DNA of 64,000 bases from Candidatus Cybelea sp. (GTDB lineage Bacteria > Acidobacteriota > Terriglobia > Acidiferrales > UBA7541), in contig DATKHV010000099.1 in the NCBI GenBank assembly GCA_035510055.1, positions 29,826 through 93,825 on the forward strand, given 5' to 3'. The first letter of the stretch is position 1, and the number at the start of each line of letters is the position of its first letter. Under the pieces are notes generated by a model, which was given only the letters and a program-made list of their open reading frames with translations, ran no database searches and was not told where the DNA came from. This document shows positions 54,909 to 62,646 of the stretch, piece after piece. Position numbers and translations under genes: made by a program.

Positions 54909-55784
54909 TTGGTGATTAAACGGCGATTGGATGAATTGGGGCTGGAGCAAAAGGATCTAGCGACGGCCGCCGAGGTTACGGAGTCCTATATTTCACAGCT
55001 GTTGGCTCGCAAGAAACTTCCCCCGGCGCCTGACCGAACAGATATTTATGGGAAAATGGCGAAGTTCTTGAAGCTCCCGGGCGATAGGCTTTCAAAGCTC
55101 GCTGAACTCCAACGCCGGGAAGAATTGAAGCGGGACTTGGTGGGTCCGCCCGCGCCCATGTTTCGGGAAATTCGAGAATTGATTGTCCGTAAATGCGTAC
55201 CCGACAAAGAAAAACAGGTGCGTGCGATTTTTGAGAAGCAGCCCTTCGGCGAACTCGAACGCCTCGTCACACAAAAGCTTCTGGATGTGATCAAGAATGT
55301 CGTCAAAGAAGAATTGAGAAGCGAAAATTGGGTTCACTTGGTTGCTCGACTCGCCGGCCGAAGCTATGAACAGATGCGGGTTACTCTCCTGGAGTTCCTG
55401 GATACGGATGTATTCAGCTTGTCGCCTGAAAACTGTGTTTCCTTCCTGGATCCGCTGATTGAGTCTTGGGATGTCGATCTAACGACCTTCGCGATGGAAA
55501 TTGTGCTAAATCGGAGAATCGCTTCGGGGGATCCGAGGAAATTTGCGTTTGTGGAAACGGCGCCTGACCAACCGGACGTTGAGACAGGGTTCAAAGAATT
55601 CCTTAAGGATCGTTCTTTGAGCGGGAGTGCCAGCTCAGAAGAAATAGAGCTTCTAAAAAAGCTGAGGTTTAATGGAAAGCGCCCCACAGCGCTCTATTAT
55701 TACAGGGAATTGCAAAGCCTCAGAGACCCACTGCATTTTCGAGCGGAAGATCGACCGTCGGTGCAGAATTCGGGACGAAAATGA
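54909..55784 (+). CDS. XRE-type HTH protein with uncharacterised 220-aa C-terminal domain
   Basis: 291-aa ORF (TTG 54909 or GTG 54912 start). The N-terminal HTH is IKRRLDELGLEQKDLATAAEVTESYISQLLARKK. The rest is unrecognised. Confidence 0.65.
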   Translation: MVIKRRLDELGLEQKDLATAAEVTESYISQLLARKKLPPAPDRTDIYGKMAKFLKLPGDRLSKLAELQRREELKRDLVGPPAPMFREIRELIVRKCVPDKEKQVRAIFEKQPFGELERLVTQKLLDVIKNVVKEELRSENWVHLVARLAGRSYEQMRVTLLEFLDTDVFSLSPENCVSFLDPLIESWDVDLTTFAMEIVLNRRIASGDPRKFAFVETAPDQPDVETGFKEFLKDRSLSGSASSEEIELLKKLRFNGKRPTALYYYRELQSLRDPLHFRAEDRPSVQNSGRK

Positions 55785-56005
55785 GTGTTAAAGACGCGTA
55801 AAGTTGCAGCTTGCGGATTGCTTAGCGGCGGCATGGTCAAACGTACTGCGCGATCACGACCATACGCCAGTCCGGTTCGGCCCGAAGGGTTCCTATCAGT
55901 TGTTGTACTTCGTGTTTTATTTCTGGCTCGGCGTGACTCGCGCTGTCTGCGATCGCTTGACTTCATCAAGCAACACAAGATCGCATTCGCCCGCAAATCC
56001 AAACC

Positions 56006-56470
56006 CTACTTTTTCATCTTCCGTCTTCTGTTCTTATAGAGCGTCTCAAGCAGGTATTTGACCGACGCGCATTCCTGGATTACGGCTTCCAGCTTCGGGA
56101 TCGTGGCGTGCAACTCATTTTCCTCCACCACCCCGTCCGCTAGAGTGGTGGCAATGCTCTCCAGTGCCGAACCTACATCTTTCATGAGGTGGGAGATAAC
56201 TAAAAACTCTTTCTCCGATGTCACTTGCGGATCTGGAATCTTGAAAGCCACTCGTCCCGCCTGCGATTCGAGGAAATCTAAAGCTTCGAAATTCTTCAAG
56301 ACAACGCATATCTTCGGCAGCAGTTCTGCTGGGATGGGGCGATCCCCTCTGAGCCAATACATCAAGGAGCGATAGTTCGTCCCAAGCTGCTGCGCCAACA
56401 GCCGAGTGTCGTACTCGGCCCTTGTCTCCACAATCTGGCTCAGTACGTTGGGTAGCGTCTTTGCAGCCAC
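56006..56470 (-). CDS. Small HTH-like regulator (phage CII/Cro-like N-terminus), divergent from the PspA-ABC operon
   Basis: 154-aa ORF. DTRLLAQQLGTNYRSLMYWLRGDRPIPAELLPKICVVL resembles a DNA-binding HTH. The C-terminus is helical. Confidence 0.55.
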   Translation of the reverse strand: MAAKTLPNVLSQIVETRAEYDTRLLAQQLGTNYRSLMYWLRGDRPIPAELLPKICVVLKNFEALDFLESQAGRVAFKIPDPQVTSEKEFLVISHLMKDVGSALESIATTLADGVVEENELHATIPKLEAVIQECASVKYLLETLYKNRRRKMKK

Positions 56471-56496
56471 AGTCTGTTCCTTTATTGTGAGTCTGT

Positions 56497-56525
56497 CCGT
56501 TCAAATAAGGCATCATTTTGAACGG
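56497..56525. promoter_or_regulatory. Perfect 9-bp inverted repeat 27 nt upstream of the 56470 start
   Basis: ccgttcaaa (56497-56505), an 11-nt spacer, then tttgaacgg (56517-56525). The same 370-bp AT-rich divergent region carries three CTATAGG-like words (56562, 56621, 56711). Confidence 0.4.
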
Positions 56526-56841
56526 TGAAAGTGTGCATTGTAACTGAATTGCATGCTTTCCCTATAGGCGGTTTAAAATAGCGTCGTCAAGACAAGGGAG
56601 ACGGCCAGTTTTATTAAATGCTATAAGGTGGCAATTTCCTTATTGAAAAAACATGCTGGCACAGTCTACGATGGCCGCGTATCTCGCATAGAACACAAAG
56701 GTTTCCTTATCTATAGGATACAATGCACGCGGACAGTAGACTGATTTGGAAACGTAAGTCCGGTCGTGCTGGGCCTCGGAGTCGTGAAGTGGTGTGCTCC
56801 TCGGCCCCGCGAGCAGGACAAAAGAAGTAAGGACGTGACCC

Positions 56842-57468
56842 ATGCCCTTCATGGACCTGATCAAGAAGGCCATTTTTGAAGAGGAACCGCTGGCCCAGCA
56901 GCCTGCCAAGCCAGCTACCAGTTCAGGAACGGCGCGGCCCCTCGAGCCGGCAGCTCCTTCCTATGCCCCCATGGGTACGCGCGACAACCAGTTCTACACT
57001 CGGCTGGCCAAGCAGACGGACCTCTCTGCGGTTCCGGAACTGGCCAAGATCGAAGCTTTTGCTGCGCCACTGGCCTCCGTAATCACGGATAAAGCATTGA
57101 GGTACAAGGCGGCCCTGGCCACAGCCCAATCGCAGGGTGGCCTGACGAAAGACGCGATCTTGAAAGGCTTTGACGCTTTACTGAATGTTCTGAATTCCTC
57201 GGCGAGCACGTTCAACAAGCAAACCGACGAAGTGTCACGAACGGAAGTCGATGCCAAGATTGCCCAGATCAGCGATGTCAATGAAACCATTCAGCAAAAA
57301 CAGAAAGAGATCGCCGACCTCCAGCAGCAAGTGAAATCTCTGCAATCGCAGACGGAAGTATCGCGTTCAAAACTGCAAGAGGCGAAGAGCAATTTTGCGG
57401 CGGCGCTGGAACGCCGACGTGCCGAGATTCAGCAACAACGCAAGGAATTCGAAACGATTTTGGGATAG
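56842..57468 (+). CDS. Coiled-coil protein with amphipathic N-terminus (first gene of the PspA-ABC operon)
   Basis: 208-aa ORF preceded by AAGGA. The N-terminus is MPFMDLIKKAIFEEE, followed by a P/A-rich linker and a heptad-rich C-terminus (ETIQQKQKEIADLQQQVKSLQSQTEVSRSKLQEAKSNF). Confidence 0.6.
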   Translation: MPFMDLIKKAIFEEEPLAQQPAKPATSSGTARPLEPAAPSYAPMGTRDNQFYTRLAKQTDLSAVPELAKIEAFAAPLASVITDKALRYKAALATAQSQGGLTKDAILKGFDALLNVLNSSASTFNKQTDEVSRTEVDAKIAQISDVNETIQQKQKEIADLQQQVKSLQSQTEVSRSKLQEAKSNFAAALERRRAEIQQQRKEFETILG

Positions 57469-57477
57469 GGAGACACC

Positions 57478-58509
57478 ATGGCAACCACTCCAGGTTCCCC
57501 GGTATTGCAGGGCTTGAAGAATTTCTGGCAACGGCCCGAAGGAACAGTCGGGAAAGTCGTGCTGGTCCTCGGCGGCATCGCGGTGGCGTACGGTTTCGTG
57601 CAGATCCTCCCGTTCTTAATCGCGGCGGCGACCGATACATTGCACCTCGCCCTTTTGATCGGGGCAATTTTAGTGTTCCTTTTCATCGTCACGGACAAGC
57701 GTGTCCGAACGCTGGCGAAGCTCATGTTCCAAAGCGTTATGCGGTATCTGACGGGCTTGTTCATTGAGTTGGACCCCATCGGCATCCTCAAGAACTACAT
57801 CGGGGAGATGAAAAAAAATCTCGCCATCATGGACGAGCAGCTCGGAAACCTGAATGGCTCGATCCGCACGCTCCAGAATCAGATCGATGCGAACCAAAAA
57901 GATGCTGAGCACAGCATGGCGCTGGCCAACCAGGCCGATAAGAAGATGGCTAGCGGCGGGCTGACCTCCCTCGATCAGCAGCAGTACGTGTCTGCCAAGG
58001 TCACCAACCAGCGCCACGCCGCGAGCCTGATCAATATCAATAAGTCGCTCACTGATCTGCGCGACAAGCTGAAGATTCTCTATGACCAGCTTGTCCGCTG
58101 GAGGGCCACGGCAGAGTTCCAGGTCACCGACAAAGAAAACCGCGTCAGCGAAGAAGAGATGCGGCGGAAGGCGCTGAAAAAGGCCTATTCCGTCTTCCAG
58201 GCGGCGAAGAAGATCTTTCGCGGCGATCCAGTGGCCAACCAGATTTACGACCAGACGCTGGAGTATCTGGCGGATGACGCCGGGCAGATGCTGGGAGAGA
58301 TGGAAGATTTCAATCGGCTTGCCAACAAACTGATGACCAACATGGATTTGGAAACCGGGGCCATCAATGACGAAGCCGTCAGGCAATTGTCAGAGTTTCA
58401 GCAAAAGCTTTTGCCGGCATCGGTAACCGCAGTGCCGGGCGGCGTACCGGAGCAGTCTTCGGCTGTGCCCGCTAATAAGAAAGACGATTACAGAGATTTG
58501 ATCAAGTAA
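57478..58509 (+). CDS. 2-TM membrane-anchored PspA/IM30 (ESCRT-III-like) coiled-coil protein
   Basis: 343-aa ORF, 9 nt after the upstream stop, with a GGGAG RBS. Two hydrophobic helices are present (VVLVLGGIAVAYGFVQILPFLIAAA and LHLALLIGAILVFLFIV). ELDPIGILKNYIGEMKKNLAIMDEQLGNLNGSIRTLQNQIDANQKDAEHSMALANQA then aligns by eye with E. coli PspA [36 protein letters not shown]. Confidence 0.6.
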   Translation: MATTPGSPVLQGLKNFWQRPEGTVGKVVLVLGGIAVAYGFVQILPFLIAAATDTLHLALLIGAILVFLFIVTDKRVRTLAKLMFQSVMRYLTGLFIELDPIGILKNYIGEMKKNLAIMDEQLGNLNGSIRTLQNQIDANQKDAEHSMALANQADKKMASGGLTSLDQQQYVSAKVTNQRHAASLININKSLTDLRDKLKILYDQLVRWRATAEFQVTDKENRVSEEEMRRKALKKAYSVFQAAKKIFRGDPVANQIYDQTLEYLADDAGQMLGEMEDFNRLANKLMTNMDLETGAINDEAVRQLSEFQQKLLPASVTAVPGGVPEQSSAVPANKKDDYRDLIK

Positions 58510-58533
58510 TTGGTAGGCGGAGGGAAAGTTCAA

Positions 58534-60381
58534 ATGTTTAGCGATAAAATTTCGACACCACCAACGGGGCATCGGCTGAAGCCCGGAGCAAAGATTGTTC
58601 TGCTCCTGGGTCTCGGGGCGGTCCTGTTCTTCGGTTTCCGGACGGCCGTGAGCCGCGGCTGGATTCCTGCCCCGGGCATTGCCAAGGCCCTCATTCCCTC
58701 AAAGGCCGCTCTGCCGGACTTGAAGGAAGCGGTCGTGGCCAACGTCGAGCCAGCGCCGTACCCAGAAGCAACTACGGCGTCAGTGAAAGCGCCGCTGATT
58801 CGCACCGAAATATGGGCTTGGAACGCCCAGATGAACTATATCTATGCCAATGGCGGCCCGGACACCACGCGGAACAGTTTGATGGAGAAGCACGGAGCAA
58901 ACGTGAAGTTAATCCGTCAGGATGACACCAGCCAGATGCAGAACGATTTGATTGCCTGCGCCAAGGAGCTCCACGACGGCGCAAGCCAGTGTTCCGCCGG
59001 CGCAAATTACGTTCTTATTATGGGTGACGGCTCCGGCCAGTTTTTTGCCGCCGTCAATCCCCAACTTAAAAAGCTCGACAACGGCGCTGGCGAATATATC
59101 GCGCAGGTCATTGGCTCCACCGGATACTCCCGCGGTGAAGACAAACTGATGGGCCCGCCGGAATGGAAGTCGGACGCGCAAGCCGCCAAGGGCGGCTTGG
59201 TTGCTGGAGTCCTTCGCGACGGCGATTGGAATATCGCCATGAAGTGGGCCGCAGACAACCAGATCAAGAACAATCCAGACGAAAAAACATGGGACCCCGA
59301 CGCTCTCAATTGGGTCAATGCTCCGGACTACATCAAGGCCGCGGAAATCTACAACGCGAATACCTGCGAAGACCGCAAAGTGGTACACGATGGTCGGCTG
59401 ACCGGAGAATCAAAAAACGTCTGTGTCAACGGCGTCGTCACTTGGACGCCGGGCGACGTAAACGTGGCCCACGGACGTGGCGGGCTTGTCTCCATCGTCT
59501 CTTCGAAGCAGTACCGCTCGCAGATGCCCGACGTCATTATTGGCATCAAGAAGTTTAATCAAGACCATCGCAACGAAGTTCAAGGAATGCTGGCGGCGAG
59601 TTTCGAAGCTGCGGATCAATTGAAGGCTTATCCGGAAGCTCTGAAGCGCGCAGCAGCGATCAGCGCAAAGGTATACAACGAGCAGAACGGCGAGTATTGG
59701 CTGAAGTACTACCAGGGAACTCGCGAGCAGGACAAAACCGGAAACATGGTGGACCTCGGTGGCTCTGCGGTCAACAATCTGAACGACAATCTGCTTTTGT
59801 TTGGTTTGCAGCCCGGTGCCAACAACAACTTTCGCTCCACCTACACGGTGTTCGGAAATATCGCCACGCAGCAATACCCCGCACTCTTCAAGGATGCCAA
59901 CAAAATTCCCGACGTGAAAGAGATTCTCGACACTTCCTATGTTCTCGGCGCCTCATCGATGCTCTCGCAGACTGGCGCCGAAGCCGACGTCGCCAGCTTC
60001 AGTTCAAGCGGGGACACTGGCACCGTCGTTTCGAAGCGCGACTGGAGCATCGAATTCGACACCGGCAAAGCTTCCTTCACGTCTGACGGTGAACGCAAGA
60101 TGTACGAGATCAAAGACGACTTGGCGATTGCCGGCGCTTTGTTCGTCACCTTGAACGGGCACACCGACAATACCGGCACTCGCGAAGGGAACATGGACTT
60201 GGCCGAGAGGCGCGCCCAGGCCGTCCGTGATTGGCTACAGAGAAAAGCTCCCGCGAACTTCCCCGACAGCCGTTTCCGCATTCATGCCTATGGCGACTCC
60301 AAGCCACTGGCATCGAACGCTACAGCCGAAGGCCGAGCAAAGAACCGACGCGTAGAAATCATTCTGTCGGGCAAGGAATAG
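58534..60381 (+). CDS. Signal-anchored periplasmic-binding-protein-like domain fused to C-terminal OmpA peptidoglycan-binding domain
   Basis: The ATG at 58534 follows GGAGGG. One TM helix (IVLLLGLGAVLFFGF), then about 430 aa of type-2 SBP-like (NMT1/NitT-TauT-like) sequence. The canonical OmpA_C domain is LNGHTDNTGTREGNMDLAERRAQAVRDWLQ...GDSKPLASNATAEGRAKNRRVEIIL. Confidence 0.8.
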   Translation: MFSDKISTPPTGHRLKPGAKIVLLLGLGAVLFFGFRTAVSRGWIPAPGIAKALIPSKAALPDLKEAVVANVEPAPYPEATTASVKAPLIRTEIWAWNAQMNYIYANGGPDTTRNSLMEKHGANVKLIRQDDTSQMQNDLIACAKELHDGASQCSAGANYVLIMGDGSGQFFAAVNPQLKKLDNGAGEYIAQVIGSTGYSRGEDKLMGPPEWKSDAQAAKGGLVAGVLRDGDWNIAMKWAADNQIKNNPDEKTWDPDALNWVNAPDYIKAAEIYNANTCEDRKVVHDGRLTGESKNVCVNGVVTWTPGDVNVAHGRGGLVSIVSSKQYRSQMPDVIIGIKKFNQDHRNEVQGMLAASFEAADQLKAYPEALKRAAAISAKVYNEQNGEYWLKYYQGTREQDKTGNMVDLGGSAVNNLNDNLLLFGLQPGANNNFRSTYTVFGNIATQQYPALFKDANKIPDVKEILDTSYVLGASSMLSQTGAEADVASFSSSGDTGTVVSKRDWSIEFDTGKASFTSDGERKMYEIKDDLAIAGALFVTLNGHTDNTGTREGNMDLAERRAQAVRDWLQRKAPANFPDSRFRIHAYGDSKPLASNATAEGRAKNRRVEIILSGKE

Positions 60382-60391
60382 GAAACCCTCG

Positions 60392-61252
60392 GTGATCACC
60401 ATGAAGCCGGCGGCCGGGAGTATTGCTGCAAGTGCGTCCGCAGTCGGCCGACGGGTCAGCTTCCTGCACGACGTACTCGGTGCGTTTTCTCCGAACCGGG
60501 TGATTTCGAAAGCGGCGTTCCGGTTCATCGTGGTCTTCCAGATTGCGGTATTGCTGCTGGTGTGGGCGACATCGACCTATGTATTCCTGCCGAAGCCACT
60601 GGATGTTTGGCGCGCCTTTGTTGACCTTTGGAACAATGAGGGCTTGGGCCAGGAGCTGATTGTCAGCTTCCTCTTGAACGTGCAAGCCATGGCCTGGGCG
60701 ACGGTGATCTCACTGGGGCTTGCCTATTTGACCGTTGTTCCGGTCTTCCAACCCATCGCCCACGCAGTTTCCAAGGGCAGGTTTCTCGGCATGGTGGGAC
60801 TCACCTTTTTCTTCACCATCATTTTCGCCAGTGGGCACCGCTTGAAAGTAAGCCTGCTCGTCTTCGGAGTCGCCGTCTTCTTTGTCACCAGCATGATCGA
60901 CGTGGTGGCGCAGGTGCCGAAGGAAAAGTTTGATCTGGCCCGCACCCTGCGTATGGGCGAGTGGCGGGTCGTTTGGGAAGTGATCGTACTCGGCCGGGCC
61001 GACGCGGCTTTCGATGCCATGCGCCAAAACGCCGCAATGGGATGGATGATGCTCACAATGGTCGAAGGCATCTCGCGCTCGGAGGGCGGCATCGGCGCGT
61101 TACTTCTCAATCAGAACAAACATTTTCGCCTCGAAGCCGTCTTCGCCATTCAAATCGCCATCCTGCTGATTGGCTTGTTTCAAGACTATGCGCTGGGCTT
61201 GGCCAAGAAATTCCTCTTTCCCTACGCGGACTTGCAATTGGAAAAGAGGTAG
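60392..61252 (+). CDS. ABC transporter permease (NitT/TauT-like)
   Basis: 286-aa ORF (GTG 60392, alternative ATG 60401). It has six hydrophobic helices and an EAA-loop-like segment (FDLARTLRMGEWRVVWEVIVLGRADAAFDAMRQNAAMGW). Confidence 0.8.
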   Translation: MITMKPAAGSIAASASAVGRRVSFLHDVLGAFSPNRVISKAAFRFIVVFQIAVLLLVWATSTYVFLPKPLDVWRAFVDLWNNEGLGQELIVSFLLNVQAMAWATVISLGLAYLTVVPVFQPIAHAVSKGRFLGMVGLTFFFTIIFASGHRLKVSLLVFGVAVFFVTSMIDVVAQVPKEKFDLARTLRMGEWRVVWEVIVLGRADAAFDAMRQNAAMGWMMLTMVEGISRSEGGIGALLLNQNKHFRLEAVFAIQIAILLIGLFQDYALGLAKKFLFPYADLQLEKR

Positions 61253-61279
61253 TGGTTTCAGGATTTGTGGGGATAACGC

Positions 61280-62104
61280 TTGCCCGAACGATGTAAATAT
61301 ACCGACACGCTTCTCAAGGTTGACCACGTCAGCCTGTCTTACGACGACAAGGTCATTCTTCGCGACGTCAACGCGGAGATTCGCGACATCGTGCGTGCTG
61401 ACTGTACTCAGGGCCAAGTCGTCGGCTTTCTCGGCCCCTCGGGCATCGGCAAGACCCAGCTCTTTAGAATCATCGCAGGACTAAATCAGCCCACTGCGGG
61501 ACAGGTGTTGGTCAATTCCACGCTCACTCCCGTCAAAGCCGGAATGGTTGGCGTAGTCGCGCAAAATTATCCACTGTTCGAAAATCGCACGATTTTCAGC
61601 AATTTGATCCTGGCCGCGAAGCAGATCGAAAAAAATAACGACACCGCCCATGAAAAAACATTGAAGTACCTGAAGCGCTTGGACATGCTCGACTGCTCGC
61701 AGCTTTACCCTGCGCAGATTTCCGGCGGCCAGCGCCAGAGAATCGCCATCGCCCAGCAGCTTCTATGCAGCGAGCATTTTCTACTGATGGACGAGCCATT
61801 CTCCGGCCTCGACCTGGTCATGGAAGGCAAGGTCTGCGAGTTAATCAACGAGATTGCCTGCCTGGATGAGCTGAACACCATCATCGTTGTGACTCACGAC
61901 GTGACCGCTGCGGCTACGGTGGCGGACCATTTGTGGTTAATGGGGCGCGATCGCGATGCTGGAGGGAATATTGTTCCGGGTGCACGAATTCAGGAGACCT
62001 ACGATCTGATCGAGCGCGACCTGTGCTGGCATCCCGGCATCACCAACTCCTCTAAGTTTCTGGAATTTGTCCGCGAAGTCAAAGAAAGATTTCAGACGCT
62101 CTGA
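61280..62104 (+). CDS. ABC transporter ATP-binding protein
   Basis: 274-aa ORF with an uncertain TTG start. Walker A is GPSGIGKTQ, Q-loop VAQNYPLF, signature ISGGQRQRIAIAQQL, Walker B FLLMDEPFSGLD, and H-loop VVTHDV. Confidence 0.85.
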   Translation: MPERCKYTDTLLKVDHVSLSYDDKVILRDVNAEIRDIVRADCTQGQVVGFLGPSGIGKTQLFRIIAGLNQPTAGQVLVNSTLTPVKAGMVGVVAQNYPLFENRTIFSNLILAAKQIEKNNDTAHEKTLKYLKRLDMLDCSQLYPAQISGGQRQRIAIAQQLLCSEHFLLMDEPFSGLDLVMEGKVCELINEIACLDELNTIIVVTHDVTAAATVADHLWLMGRDRDAGGNIVPGARIQETYDLIERDLCWHPGITNSSKFLEFVREVKERFQTL

Positions 62105-62283
62105 ACCACGCCGCTTCCCTGGCGCGCCTCGGTTCCGCCCGGGGCAGAAACACGCACAAAGAATAGTAAAAGGGAATCGCTCTTAGCCGCAGGGTGCGGC
62201 TGCAGCACCCGCGCAATCCCGAACCCCGCAAGTCGACCTGTTCACCTTGACATTCTACTGGAAGCCGTGTAGCTTCGCCTAGA

Positions 62284-62646
62284 ATGTCTACTAAAGAAGA
62301 ACGCGAACGCATCGAACTGCTACAGGGCACCCTGGACCTGCTGATTCTCCGCACGCTGCTACTGGGGCCGGTGCACGGCCACGCTATCGCCAAGACGATC
62401 GAGTTCAATTCCGACGAGGTCTTGCAGGTCGAGCAAGGATCTTTGTATCCGGCGTTGCACCGGCTCATCAAGCGGGAATGGATTTCGGTCCAAGAGGGAA
62501 CTTCGGAGAACAACAGGCGAGCCAAATTCTACCGCTTGACGCCCAAGGGCAAACGCCAACTTATGCTGGAGACCCGCAAATGGGACAAGCTGGCCGGAGC
62601 GATCGCGCGGATTCTGAGGCCGACGAAGCAGGAGGGCGAATCATGA
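62284..62646 (+). CDS. PadR-family transcriptional regulator
   Basis: 120-aa [59 protein letters not shown] is canonical PadR. Confidence 0.9.
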   Translation: MSTKEERERIELLQGTLDLLILRTLLLGPVHGHAIAKTIEFNSDEVLQVEQGSLYPALHRLIKREWISVQEGTSENNRRAKFYRLTPKGKRQLMLETRKWDKLAGAIARILRPTKQEGES

